Assembly: GCA_045613365.1 (NCBI GenBank)
Contig: JAZLAS010000065.1
Coordinates: forward strand, 10,252-74,251
Length of the DNA: 64,000 nt
From: Candidatus Cryptobacteroides sp.
GTDB taxonomy: Bacteria; Bacteroidota; Bacteroidia; Bacteroidales; UBA932
Direction of reading: 5' to 3'
Position 1 is the first letter of the stretch, and each line of letters begins with the position of its first letter. The notes under the pieces were generated by a model. That model did not search any database and was not told the origin of the DNA. It saw only the letters and a program-made list of their open reading frames with translations. Of the stretch, positions 21,731 through 37,345 are shown piece by piece. Made by a program: the position numbers and the translations under genes.

Positions 21731-22473
21731 TCATTTTCCATTTCCGGAAATCATCTTCACCAGAAGAGGATTTTCCTGACGTACGCCATTAACATATATC
21801 CATATACGGTTCACATGGCTTCCTTCATATCCGTAAGGCATCGTGATGCTGACATAAAGTTTTCCTCTTTCATCCGGAGCAAGGGAAAGTTCCTTTTCCA
21901 TCCCGATGGTCCGGGCGCAGCAGCCCTCGACGACAAATTTCAGCGTCATAGGCTTGTCAGTACCGTTTCCATAACGGAAAAACATCTTTTTCGTCTGGCC
22001 ATGTCCAATGTGCCCGAAAGGAAGCACCTTATGGCTGGTATATAGGCCCCCGCCCATGCTGTACGGATGATCTTCCTCGATAGGATGTGACATGGGCACG
22101 ACGCTTCCTGTAACCGTAACGTATTGATATCTAGCCTTATCAGCATACCATACGGCAATACTGTACCTGAAAGGACCGGAACGATATGCAGGATCGAATG
22201 TAAGCTTAATATCCCCGGTTTCTCCCGGAGCCACGGTCTTGAATGATGTCTCTCCGACAATGCACCGGCAGGCTGTCGTAAGATCGCATACAGTAACATC
22301 CGTTCCGGTGTCATTGCGGAATGTAAAACTCCTTACCGCTTTTCCGTCCTTCTCGAAGATGGTCCCGAAATCGAGGCTGTCAGCAAAAACCAGTTTCTGA
22401 GCATGCAGGACCTCCTGCCCTGCCATAAGGCAGAACAGGAAGGCCATAAGCATTATTCCCGGAAGTTTCTTCA

Positions 22474-22474
<1 letters not shown>
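21731..22474 (-). CDS. DUF1573-domain (Ig-like) exported protein
   Basis: DFGTI...FTFRNDTG...TACRC...VAPGETGDIKLTFDP, repeated in a second domain. Signal peptide. Confidence 0.7.
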
Positions 22475-27836
<5,362 letters not shown>

Positions 27837-27847
27837 CAGAAAGTATA

Positions 27848-30199
27848 TTAAAGAGTTATGGTTTCATCAAGTCTTATATCTGTCGAAGATGCACCTACGG
27901 CGATAGTGAAATCACCAGGCTCTACCACCATCTTCATATCCCTGTTGCAGACCATGAATGCAGTCTCGTCAAGAACGAACTCTACATGAACAGTCTCACC
28001 TTTCGGAACAGCGACTCTCTCGAATGCACGGAGCTGCTTGCGTGGACGTACTGTAGAAGCCACATGGTCAGTCACATATACCTGTACGACCTCTTCTCCG
28101 TCATGGTTTCCTGTATTCCTGACATCAAGGCTGACCTTAACCTGATTGCCGCCGAGGTTATCGACAGCAAGGCCGGAATACTCGAATGAAGTGTAGCTGA
28201 GTCCGTATCCGAACGGATATAGGGCATCAGAAGGCATCTCTACATAATCATGTCCCTTAGGGAATTTCTTATTGTAATAGACAGGTACCTGTCCTGCATC
28301 ATAAGGCACGGATACAGGCAGACGGCCTGCAGGATTGAAATCTCCGAAAAGCACATCGGCAAGACCTTCTCCTCCCTGCTGTCCCGGATAGAACTGGGTC
28401 AGAAGAGCATCTGCATTCTCGCTTGCCCACCTCTTGTCAAGAGGACGTCCTTCGATATACACGACGACCATAGGAGTTCCTGTCTTTTTCACGGCTTCGA
28501 GAAGATCGTTCTGAAGGCCGAGAAGCGAAAGACTTGCTCGGTCGAAACCTTCTCCCGCCTCCATATCGCTGATTGAATTCTTGTCTGCTACGGCAGCACC
28601 TGTTTCCTTATAAGTAGTCTTGAAATCCCTGGCACTTGAGCCACCGACCACTACAACCGCCACATCTGCACTGCGCGCCGCATTTACAGCCTGAGCGATA
28701 GTATTGTCTTTTGTATCACGGATCGCACAACCCTTTACATAAGTCACGTTCCTCTCGCCGACCTTAGCCTTGATTCCATCAAGCACGGTACGGATGTTCT
28801 CACGTGGCTGAGGAGCAGTATAGTCACCAAGCTGGTTGTACATATTGTCGGCATTAGGGCCGATTACGGCAATCTTCATATCCTTTCTGAACGGAAGCAC
28901 GCCGTTATTTTCAAGGAGAACGACTCCCTTACGCGCAGCTTCACGTGCCACAGCTACATTCTCTGCCTTCCTTACCTCTGCAGCTGCAACTTCAGGATCG
29001 ACATAAGGATTATCGAAAAGTCCGAGTTCGAATTTAAGTCTGAGAACCCTGCCTACAGCCTCATCGAGTACCTTTCCGCTGATCTTTCCAGCTTCGACAG
29101 CCTCCTTGAGGAGTGCATAGCAGTTAGCACCCAGATCGACATCCACTCCGGCATTCATTGCCATGATACCGGCATCCTCCTTATCCTTAGCTACATGGTG
29201 GTCGCTGAAAAGTCCGTCAATGCTGACAAGGTCAGACACGACAAAGCCCTCGAATCCCCAATCTTCCTTAAGCACCTTACGGAGAAGTTCAGGATTGCCG
29301 GTAGAAGGGACTCCATCGATGGAATTGTATGATGTCATCACAGAAAGAGCACCTTCGTCAACAGCTGTCTTGAACGCAGGAAGGAAATTCTCATGAAGGT
29401 CCCTCTCTCCTACATTGGAAGGATTTCCGTTATGTCCTCCTTCAGGAATACCATATGCTACGAAGTGCTTGAGTGTAGAAATGATACCTTTATCCCAGCC
29501 GTTATGCTTAGGGCTTGTACCTCTTACCATGGCAGCAGCCATCTGGGAAGTCAGATATGTATCTTCTCCGTAAGTCTCCTCTACACGTGACCATCTCGGC
29601 TCGCGTGCAAGGTCGATGACAGGTCCGTAACCGATATGGCCGCCCTGAGCCCTGAGCTCTCTGGCAATGGTACGGCCTACTTCCGTGATCAGAGTCTTGT
29701 CCCATGTAGAGGCAAGTCCGATGCTGGTTGGGAAGACAGTTGCGCCGATTGCCATATGTCCATGCGGAGCCTCCTCAGCCAGAATCATAGGGATACCAAG
29801 ACGGGTACTGTCAATTGCATAACGCTGGAGAGCATTGTACGCTTCAGCAGCAAGCTTCGGATCAAGGCCGTTCTCCAAAGTCTTCCTGGTCCAAGGATCG
29901 GCTCTGAATGTCGCCCACAGCATTCCGCCATGCTGCTCGTCGATGAATTTTCTGTATTCATCTGAAATACCGGCAGTTGCACCTTCCGGAGTCTCAGTCT
30001 TGACATACATAGGCCAGCCGAGAGGACAAAGAAGCTGTCCGAGCTTCTCCTCCACGGTCATTCTGTCCAGAAGGTCTTCGACACGGTCCTGTACAGGTAG
30101 TTCCGGATTCTTATAATCCGGCTCCGAACCCGATGTACCGCATGAAATCAATGCCATTGATGCGGCAAATATGATAAAAGGTTTTAGCAAGTTGTGCAT
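27848..30199 (-). CDS. GH3 glycoside hydrolase (beta-glucosidase/xylosidase-type) with Fn3-like C-terminus, predicted lipoprotein
   Basis: EEAPHG, REPRWSRVEETYGED, TLKHF, MTSYN, GFVVSD nucleophile, NPAGRLP, YPFGYGLSYT. Lipobox LISC. Confidence 0.9.
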   Translation of the reverse strand: MHNLLKPFIIFAASMALISCGTSGSEPDYKNPELPVQDRVEDLLDRMTVEEKLGQLLCPLGWPMYVKTETPEGATAGISDEYRKFIDEQHGGMLWATFRADPWTRKTLENGLDPKLAAEAYNALQRYAIDSTRLGIPMILAEEAPHGHMAIGATVFPTSIGLASTWDKTLITEVGRTIARELRAQGGHIGYGPVIDLAREPRWSRVEETYGEDTYLTSQMAAAMVRGTSPKHNGWDKGIISTLKHFVAYGIPEGGHNGNPSNVGERDLHENFLPAFKTAVDEGALSVMTSYNSIDGVPSTGNPELLRKVLKEDWGFEGFVVSDLVSIDGLFSDHHVAKDKEDAGIMAMNAGVDVDLGANCYALLKEAVEAGKISGKVLDEAVGRVLRLKFELGLFDNPYVDPEVAAAEVRKAENVAVAREAARKGVVLLENNGVLPFRKDMKIAVIGPNADNMYNQLGDYTAPQPRENIRTVLDGIKAKVGERNVTYVKGCAIRDTKDNTIAQAVNAARSADVAVVVVGGSSARDFKTTYKETGAAVADKNSISDMEAGEGFDRASLSLLGLQNDLLEAVKKTGTPMVVVYIEGRPLDKRWASENADALLTQFYPGQQGGEGLADVLFGDFNPAGRLPVSVPYDAGQVPVYYNKKFPKGHDYVEMPSDALYPFGYGLSYTSFEYSGLAVDNLGGNQVKVSLDVRNTGNHDGEEVVQVYVTDHVASTVRPRKQLRAFERVAVPKGETVHVEFVLDETAFMVCNRDMKMVVEPGDFTIAVGASSTDIRLDETITL

Positions 30200-30231
30200 A
30201 AATAACATGGTTAGAGTTTCATCATTAATTT

Positions 30232-32238
30232 TTACTCGAGTCCTCTTGCTCTGAGGAGTGCAGCCTCATCAGGGTCTGCGCCACGGAAACGGCGGTAAAG
30301 GACCATAGGCTCATCACTTCCACCCTTCTCAAGAATATTGCGACGGAAAGACATCGCTGTCTCCTTGTCGAGGATTCCCTTTTCAATAAAGTACTCGAAT
30401 GCGTCCTTATCCAGAACCTCAGCCCAAAGATAGCTGTAGTATCCTGCGCTGTATCCGCCGCTGAAGATGTGGGCGAAATATGTACTGCGGTAACGTGGGA
30501 TTATTTCATCGATAAGGCCCATTTCCTTGCATGCAGCTTCCTCGAAAGCTTCTACATCAGAAGGCACTTCCGAAAGCATATGCCATTTAAGGTCAAGTAT
30601 TGAAGCGGCCGCAAGCTCGGTGGTCATGAATCCCTGATTGAAGTTTGCTGCTGCCTCGATCTTGGCTACAAGAGAGTCAGGAATAACTTCTCCTGTCTCA
30701 TAATGACGTGCATAGCTGGCAAGAACTTCCTTCTGGAATGCCCAGTTCTCCATGATCTGAGACGGAAGCTCGACGAAGTCGCGGGCAACTGAAGTACCGC
30801 TCACGCTCTTGTATGTACACTGGCTGAGGAGGCCGTGAAGAGCATGTCCGAACTCGTGGAAAAGGGTCTCCACCTGATCGAGAGTAAGAAGTGAAGGCTT
30901 ATCTTCCGTAGGCTTAGCGAAGTTGCCTACATTCACGATGACCGGACGTATATCCTCTCCGTCAAGAACTTCCTGATTCACAAAATTGGTCATCCACGCA
31001 CCGCCTCTCTTTGTGCTGCGTGGGAAATAATCAGTCAGGATCACACCTATAAGCGAACCGTCTGCATCGGTCACCTTGAATCCTTCTACATCGGAATGAT
31101 ATACCGGAATATCCTCAAGTTTCTCATACTGAAGGCCGAAAAGCTTTGTAGTAAGGTCAAATACTCCCTGACGGACATTCTCCATCTGGAAATATGGCTT
31201 GGTCTGCTCCTCATCGAGGGCATATTTAGCCTTGCGCACCTTCTCTGTATAATATGCCCAGTCCCATGGCTCGATAACACTTCCCTCAGGAAGAAGTCCC
31301 GCCTTGATGTCCTCGTCCATGAAAGCCTGCATATCGGTGATCTCTTCCTTGGCCTTGGCTACAGCAGGAGCCATGATGCTTGCAAGGAATGAATCTACAG
31401 TCTCAGGATTGCCGGCCATCTTATCGGCAAGAATCATCTGAGCCGGATTGTCATAACCGAGAAGCTTCGCTTTCTCTACGCGAAGAGCCATCATCTTGAG
31501 AATCAGCTCCTTATTATCGTTTTCATTACCGTTATTTCCGCGTGATGCATATGCATTGAACATCTTCTCTCGTAGCGCACGGTCTTCTGTTGACGCCATG
31601 GCCTCACCATATTCGGAAATCGATACGCCGAACTCCTCAGCAAAAGCATTGTTCTCGGCAAGAAGATTGTTTCCGAATGTATTTGAAAGAGAAGAAAGCT
31701 CCATGTTGATCTCGCGCATACGCGCCTGCGCAGCCTCGTCAAGAGCCACACCGTTCTTCACGAAGGCATTATGCAGCTTCTTGAGGGTCATCTTCTGCTC
31801 CTGATTCAGATCCAGCTTTTCAATATCCTTATATAGTGCATCCACCTTTGCGAAGAAATATGGATTCATGAAGATATTGTCACTATGAGAAGAAATCAGC
31901 GGAAGCGCCTCCTCAACGATCTTCTGAAGAGACTCTGTCGCATCTGACTCTGAAATATTGAATAGTACCATTGACACACGGTCAAGAATGGCACCGGAAC
32001 GCTCATATGCCTCTACCACATTCTCAAATGTAGGAGCTGCTGACTCTGCAATGATGGCATCGATTTCGCTCTGCTGCTGACGGATACCGATCTCGATTGC
32101 CGGAATATAATGTTTTTCCTTTATCTGATTAAAGTCAGGAATCCCGTAAGGGGTATCCCACTCTGTAAGGAACGGATTGTTTGTGTTGCAGGATATCGCT
32201 GCCATGATGATTGATGTAAACAGTAATATTTTTTTCAT
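30232..32238 (-). CDS. dcp: M3-family metallopeptidase (peptidyl-dipeptidase Dcp-like), predicted lipoprotein
   Basis: KRGGAWM, TLFHEFGHALHG (HExxH), RDFVELPSQIMENW, GYSAGYYSYLWAEVLD. Confidence 0.88.
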   Translation of the reverse strand: MKKILLFTSIIMAAISCNTNNPFLTEWDTPYGIPDFNQIKEKHYIPAIEIGIRQQQSEIDAIIAESAAPTFENVVEAYERSGAILDRVSMVLFNISESDATESLQKIVEEALPLISSHSDNIFMNPYFFAKVDALYKDIEKLDLNQEQKMTLKKLHNAFVKNGVALDEAAQARMREINMELSSLSNTFGNNLLAENNAFAEEFGVSISEYGEAMASTEDRALREKMFNAYASRGNNGNENDNKELILKMMALRVEKAKLLGYDNPAQMILADKMAGNPETVDSFLASIMAPAVAKAKEEITDMQAFMDEDIKAGLLPEGSVIEPWDWAYYTEKVRKAKYALDEEQTKPYFQMENVRQGVFDLTTKLFGLQYEKLEDIPVYHSDVEGFKVTDADGSLIGVILTDYFPRSTKRGGAWMTNFVNQEVLDGEDIRPVIVNVGNFAKPTEDKPSLLTLDQVETLFHEFGHALHGLLSQCTYKSVSGTSVARDFVELPSQIMENWAFQKEVLASYARHYETGEVIPDSLVAKIEAAANFNQGFMTTELAAASILDLKWHMLSEVPSDVEAFEEAACKEMGLIDEIIPRYRSTYFAHIFSGGYSAGYYSYLWAEVLDKDAFEYFIEKGILDKETAMSFRRNILEKGGSDEPMVLYRRFRGADPDEAALLRARGLE

Positions 32239-32252
32239 GATTCAGTGAATTA

Positions 32253-33293
32253 TTATTCATACCATAGGGTTCCGTCAGATTTTCTGACACCGTCAAGATC
32301 GATGAGGGTGAACTGCGCTGCTCCCTTATATTCTGTCAGAATGCCGGTAAATGACACTCTTTCCTTTCCGCTGAGCACGTCCTGAGGAATCTCAGTATCT
32401 GCAAAACGGGCATATCCGCTGGAACGTACCTGTACTTCGGTATCACCCATCTTGAAATACTGGCTCACTGAGTATGCCATGGAACCTATGCCGGTAGTCC
32501 TGAGGAGTTCACCGACCGTAGTTCCTGCAGCTTCTACACTGTCGAAATTACCGGCAAGCAGATATTCCTTCCATTTCTGCTCAGAACATGCCCATGTGGT
32601 AACTCCATAATTATCCGGTCCTTCCTCGTCGATGAAGATGCCGTTGTTCGTATAGTCCTTTCTGTTTCCGTTAGGATCTACATATGCAAGAATGAAGATA
32701 TGGTTGTCATATTTCAGATTCTCGATAGTCACCAGACGACCGAGGTTCACGTCCTTATGAAGATCCGCCTCTGTAACCACTACAGGCTTGACAGGATCGC
32801 CATATTCTCCCTTGAATACATGCTGGTCGATAATGTATGCATGCTCGAGATATCCTGTTTCGTACTCCCCCGTCGGATCCTCATAGCCGATATTGATCAT
32901 GCCGTTGTAGTCTCCGACTGTCAGTCCCGAGCAGTCGATATAGAGCCACTGTCCGAGCTTATACTCGTTGTAAAGGCCGTTCTTTCCGATCTTTATCTCG
33001 ATTCCGGCTGTCTCGTCCTGAATATAAAGGCTCTTGTAGAGGTTGCCGACCTGGTCTGAAGTAGTAACCTGACCTTTGATGACGCAGTTCTTCTCCACCA
33101 CGTATGGCTTGTATCCATTTGCAGCATACATAGCCTTCACATCAGCGATGGTTGTGAAACTGCCGAAGTCGGAATCACTATAGATGTACTGCTCCTGAGG
33201 ATCAGGATATTTACCTGTAAATACAGGCTGGAACTCTTCACAACCTGCGAAGAGGGCCGCTGCAGCAATGATTATTGTATATATTCTTTTCAT
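32253..33293 (-). CDS. DUF5689-like lipoprotein with OB-fold-like repeats
   Basis: Lipobox FAGC. Pattern TIADVK...IKGQVTTSDQVGNLYKSLYIQDETAGIEI and VRSSGYARFA...FTGILTEY. Directly downstream of a TonB-dependent receptor. Confidence 0.7.
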   Translation of the reverse strand: MKRIYTIIIAAAALFAGCEEFQPVFTGKYPDPQEQYIYSDSDFGSFTTIADVKAMYAANGYKPYVVEKNCVIKGQVTTSDQVGNLYKSLYIQDETAGIEIKIGKNGLYNEYKLGQWLYIDCSGLTVGDYNGMINIGYEDPTGEYETGYLEHAYIIDQHVFKGEYGDPVKPVVVTEADLHKDVNLGRLVTIENLKYDNHIFILAYVDPNGNRKDYTNNGIFIDEEGPDNYGVTTWACSEQKWKEYLLAGNFDSVEAAGTTVGELLRTTGIGSMAYSVSQYFKMGDTEVQVRSSGYARFADTEIPQDVLSGKERVSFTGILTEYKGAAQFTLIDLDGVRKSDGTLWYE

Positions 33294-33297
33294 ATCC

Positions 33298-36252
33298 CTA
33301 GAATCTGAAATAAAGGTTCAGCATATAATTGAATCCCTGCATGTAGAAATACTTCGAATCGAACTTGTAGTATCTCTCCATGGTCTCGCTGTCGGCAAGA
33401 CGTGTTCCTTCATATCCACCTGTCCTCACATTACGGTTGTTGGTGATATTCTGAAGGTTGAGAGAGAATCCGAAATTGTACTTGCGGTCGATATACCAGG
33501 ATTTTCCGATGCTTGCATTAAGAAGGAAAGCCGGTTCGAAACATTCCTGGGCAGTAAGGTCCTCCACCTCTGTCGGGGTGATGTTCAAGTCCGGACCAGC
33601 CACGATCCAGTCAGTCCTGTAGAGAGGATTCATATCAAGATATGACTTCGCGAAATACTGTGCATGGAGTTCGAAGAACCAATATGAATTCGTCCTGTAA
33701 TTGAGTCCCAGATCTGCAGCCAGCTGAGGAGTCGAAGGGACATAATGCTTCTGGTATCTTTCCACGACAGGTTCGCCGCCAAGATCGGTCTCATAAACGG
33801 TTTCACCGTCCATTACGGTCTTCCTGTAAACAGGGCTGCTGGCCCAATATGGCACAGTCTGGTTATCGTAGATCAACTCTGCACTGTTATCGATAGTCAT
33901 GGTCATACGAGGGGTAGAAGTATATATGTACTCACCCCAGCTGAGTGCTCCGGCAAGAGAAAGCCCCTGAACAGGAAGAGGAATCTTGAATCCCATTTCA
34001 AGACCGATATGCCTCTGGTCGATTCCGCTCATGGCAAAATTCACGAATGAATTCTGCGAGTCGTCATAGAAGCTCATCATGTCGGTCTGGTCAGCTATAT
34101 TGGTCCAGAAACCGGTAATACGGAAATTATACCCGTTATTGCTGTACTGATAGTTGACATCTGCAGACGCAGTCTTGACTGTAGTCAGGTTCGGAACCAT
34201 GGAATTTCTTGTACGAGGAGAGATGAATGACTGTGCAAATGTAGGAGCATCATTGAAATAAGCTCCGTTTGCATAGATCCTGTGTCCTCTTTCGAAATGG
34301 TACTGAAGTCCAAGCTTCGCAGAGTATGTAAGGAAGTCTGCAATTTCAGAATTTCCTTTTGAAGTAATGGCCTTACCAGTCTTTTTATCGTAAGTGGTAA
34401 GCACCTTGCCTTCATACATCATCTCGTTTCCGTTATCGTCAAGTCCGGCAAAAAGTCCCTTTCTCACAAGACCTTCTCTCCAGAACTTCGCATATCCGGC
34501 CTCGAGAGCGAGATTGGCCTTGAAACCTCCTAGATCGAGAGCTCCGTTAGCCCAGATATTTGCATTGCGGACATGAGCATAATAATCATATCCGTATTTG
34601 TCGCCTTCCTTAAGAGCCTTTGTTTCACCATGCTCAAGGAAATAGTCAAGATCATTCTGAACCATTGTAGGAGATGAAGCGAAATCACGTTCAGCGAACT
34701 GGTCGATATTCAGATAATAGTCACCGCCGAGAAGGTCATCCATCTTCTTGTAATACTCCGTACGGTTCCATTTGTAGTTGATGCCACCTGTGAGGGTAAA
34801 GGCTTTGGACGCCATCCACTTCACGCTGGCGTTGAGATTGACATCATTCTGGTCCACACGGCGTTCCTCGACCGCATATTTCGAGCGGCGTAGTCCGTTC
34901 TCATCATAATTGTTCCAGTTCACGTTATAGAGACGGTCCCAGTTCAAGTGCGTGTATTCAGGAATATCGTTGATCCATGCATCCTTGGCCCATGCTGCCT
35001 TCTCGAAATTCAGTCTTCCATAGTCCTTGTTATCCATCCAGTAATAGCTCGGAAGATTTCTGTAATAATCCGGACGCGGATCCGCAGCATCATACCAGTC
35101 CATTGCAGTATATCCGTTCTTTCCGGTACGCCAGAGCAATGTAGCGGAAGCTTCCAGATTGTCCGAAGGAGTCGCTGTATATTTCAGAATGGTCACAGGC
35201 TCGAAAGTCTTGCGTACACGTGAGTTTCGCACCTTGCCGTTCTGATATCCCCAGTTGCTGTTGTACATATTATCTCCTGTAAGGTCATACACCTCCTGGG
35301 TAGAGGCATTCTGCGCACCGCGCTGGCCTGGAGCAGCAAATGTCACGAGACCTATCTTATGGATATCATTGAACTTCTTCTCGACACCAGCATAATATGC
35401 GAAGTTTCGATAGTAAACTCCTTTTACCCAATCATTTCCACCGATACGGGCTGATACGTTGAATGCATATGACCAGCCGTTGTCAAGCTCTCCTGAAGCA
35501 TATGTAGCCATAAGGCGGAGGCGGTAAAGGGCACTGTTGGTAAGAGCGCTGAAACGCCAGCCTGTCCGCACTGACGAAGGCATCGCATGGATATTTGTCA
35601 CACCGTTGTATCCGCCGTAACCATAATCAGACACCTCGTTGCCGATAGTAGTCTCCTTGCTTCTCATGGCCTCGTTGAGACCGCTCCAGAGGGAGTATGG
35701 AGAATAACCGGTGATTGCATCATTCATCCTTATGCCGCTGAGATATACGTCCTGGGACTCATTGGTATAACCTCTGTTCTTGAAACGTATGTTGCTGAAG
35801 CCGAAACTTGCGATGTTAGTGAACGGATCATTGCTGTCAAAAAGGATCGAAGGTGCATCTTCAAAGCCTGAATCGTCCATATCGAACTCTGCGAAATTCG
35901 AGTCATCGACATCCGTAACGATCTGCTCCATGACCATGCCTACGAATATAAGATCCTTCACATAGCCTTCCACCGTGACATTCACATTAGCATCCAGAAA
36001 GCCAGGAGCCTTTATGGTCATGTCATAAATACCGTTCTGAAGTTCCTCGACAAGGAATTTTCCTTCAGCGTCGGAAGTTGCGGAAGCAACAGTCTCCCCA
36101 TTCTGAGAAAGAGTGAGAGCAGCACCTGCAACAGGAACTCTGCCGGCACGGTTCACCACCGTACCTTTTACACCGCCCCAGTCACTCTCCTGTGCGAAGA
36201 GCATGAACGAGCAGAGCAGCGCTGCAATGAATAGTAATGCTTTCTTTATCAT
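33298..36252 (-). CDS. TonB-dependent receptor-like outer-membrane protein (non-SusC) with N-terminal carboxypeptidase-regulatory-like domain
   Basis: Signal peptide, GVKGTVV...PVAGA, 984 aa rich in aromatic beta-strands, C-terminal YMLNLYFRF. Confidence 0.75.
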   Translation of the reverse strand: MIKKALLFIAALLCSFMLFAQESDWGGVKGTVVNRAGRVPVAGAALTLSQNGETVASATSDAEGKFLVEELQNGIYDMTIKAPGFLDANVNVTVEGYVKDLIFVGMVMEQIVTDVDDSNFAEFDMDDSGFEDAPSILFDSNDPFTNIASFGFSNIRFKNRGYTNESQDVYLSGIRMNDAITGYSPYSLWSGLNEAMRSKETTIGNEVSDYGYGGYNGVTNIHAMPSSVRTGWRFSALTNSALYRLRLMATYASGELDNGWSYAFNVSARIGGNDWVKGVYYRNFAYYAGVEKKFNDIHKIGLVTFAAPGQRGAQNASTQEVYDLTGDNMYNSNWGYQNGKVRNSRVRKTFEPVTILKYTATPSDNLEASATLLWRTGKNGYTAMDWYDAADPRPDYYRNLPSYYWMDNKDYGRLNFEKAAWAKDAWINDIPEYTHLNWDRLYNVNWNNYDENGLRRSKYAVEERRVDQNDVNLNASVKWMASKAFTLTGGINYKWNRTEYYKKMDDLLGGDYYLNIDQFAERDFASSPTMVQNDLDYFLEHGETKALKEGDKYGYDYYAHVRNANIWANGALDLGGFKANLALEAGYAKFWREGLVRKGLFAGLDDNGNEMMYEGKVLTTYDKKTGKAITSKGNSEIADFLTYSAKLGLQYHFERGHRIYANGAYFNDAPTFAQSFISPRTRNSMVPNLTTVKTASADVNYQYSNNGYNFRITGFWTNIADQTDMMSFYDDSQNSFVNFAMSGIDQRHIGLEMGFKIPLPVQGLSLAGALSWGEYIYTSTPRMTMTIDNSAELIYDNQTVPYWASSPVYRKTVMDGETVYETDLGGEPVVERYQKHYVPSTPQLAADLGLNYRTNSYWFFELHAQYFAKSYLDMNPLYRTDWIVAGPDLNITPTEVEDLTAQECFEPAFLLNASIGKSWYIDRKYNFGFSLNLQNITNNRNVRTGGYEGTRLADSETMERYYKFDSKYFYMQGFNYMLNLYFRF

Positions 36253-36254
36253 AG

Positions 36255-37328
36255 TTATTTTGTAATTACAATGTATGTCGGATAGTGGTCGCTGTAACCT
36301 CCGATGAATGCCCCGTTGGAGAATGTCCTGAACGGAGTACCCTTGTACTGTCCCTTCTGATTGGTAAGGAACTTAGGATTGTATATGCGTCCATAGTAAC
36401 CTTTCTTATGCAGCTGCAGAAGGCCGAAAGTACCTTCCTGAGGGTTTGCAAGGGCATTATTGACCAGGAGAAGGTCATATATGCTCCATACTCCCTGATA
36501 AGCGAGAGATCCGAATCCAGCCTTGAGCATGGAAGTGAAAGGAGAGAAGAAATCCTTGTCAGTGACATCTCCCTTATGCTCCTTACCGTGAAGATATTCC
36601 GCCATGCTTGTATCGGTCGGATTGTCATTCATATCGCCCATGCACACGATCTTGATGCCCGGAAACCTCTCCTGCATCTTCATCGCATGTTCATACATGA
36701 TTTCGCCGCCACGGTCACGAAGCTGGTTGCCTCCCTTCTTACCGCCTGCACGCGAAGGAAGATGGGCTACATATATCGCGAAATGCTCGCCATCAATGGT
36801 TCCATGCACCATAAGGATATCACGCGTACGGAAATAATCCCTTTCCTCCTGACTCTGGATCCAGTCTATCGAACTTCCCTCGAAAGTAAACGGAATCGAC
36901 TCGCTTTCAATGAATTTGAAGACTTCCGGCTTATACAGGAGAGCGACATCTACACCTCGTCTGTCAGGTCCGTCATAATGAACGATCTGGTAATTGGCTT
37001 CAGCGATCTGCGGTTCCATCACAAGATCCTCGAGCACGAGTCTGTTCTCGATTTCGGATACACCGAGCAGAGCATGCCATGCGCCGTTTTCCTCCTTCAT
37101 GGATCTGATGACCTTGGCCATGTTCTGAAGTTTCTTCTGATACTTGGCTTCTGTCCATTTGTTCTTTCCTTCAGGAAGAAACTCTTCGTCATTCTTTGCC
37201 GGATCGTCATATGTATCAAACAGATTCTCGAGATTGTAGAATCCGATTACATAGTTCTTTTCGCCCTTCTGGGCATATGCGCAGGTGCAGAAAAGCACCA
37301 GAGCCAAGGTATATAATATCCTTTTCAT
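36255..37328 (-). CDS. Secreted endonuclease/exonuclease/phosphatase (EEP) family protein
   Basis: Signal peptide, FYNLENLFD, GVSEIEN, DRRGVDVALLY, MGDMND, GGYSDHYP. Start set at MKRILY. Confidence 0.88.
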   Translation of the reverse strand: MKRILYTLALVLFCTCAYAQKGEKNYVIGFYNLENLFDTYDDPAKNDEEFLPEGKNKWTEAKYQKKLQNMAKVIRSMKEENGAWHALLGVSEIENRLVLEDLVMEPQIAEANYQIVHYDGPDRRGVDVALLYKPEVFKFIESESIPFTFEGSSIDWIQSQEERDYFRTRDILMVHGTIDGEHFAIYVAHLPSRAGGKKGGNQLRDRGGEIMYEHAMKMQERFPGIKIVCMGDMNDNPTDTSMAEYLHGKEHKGDVTDKDFFSPFTSMLKAGFGSLAYQGVWSIYDLLLVNNALANPQEGTFGLLQLHKKGYYGRIYNPKFLTNQKGQYKGTPFRTFSNGAFIGGYSDHYPTYIVITK

Positions 37329-37345
37329 TGATTTGAGTTTCAGTA

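Noticed and set aside
36285-37316. 343-aa plus-strand ORF opposite the EEP nuclease
   Set aside because: Near-exact antisense mirror of a well-supported gene, with no motif or promoter support.
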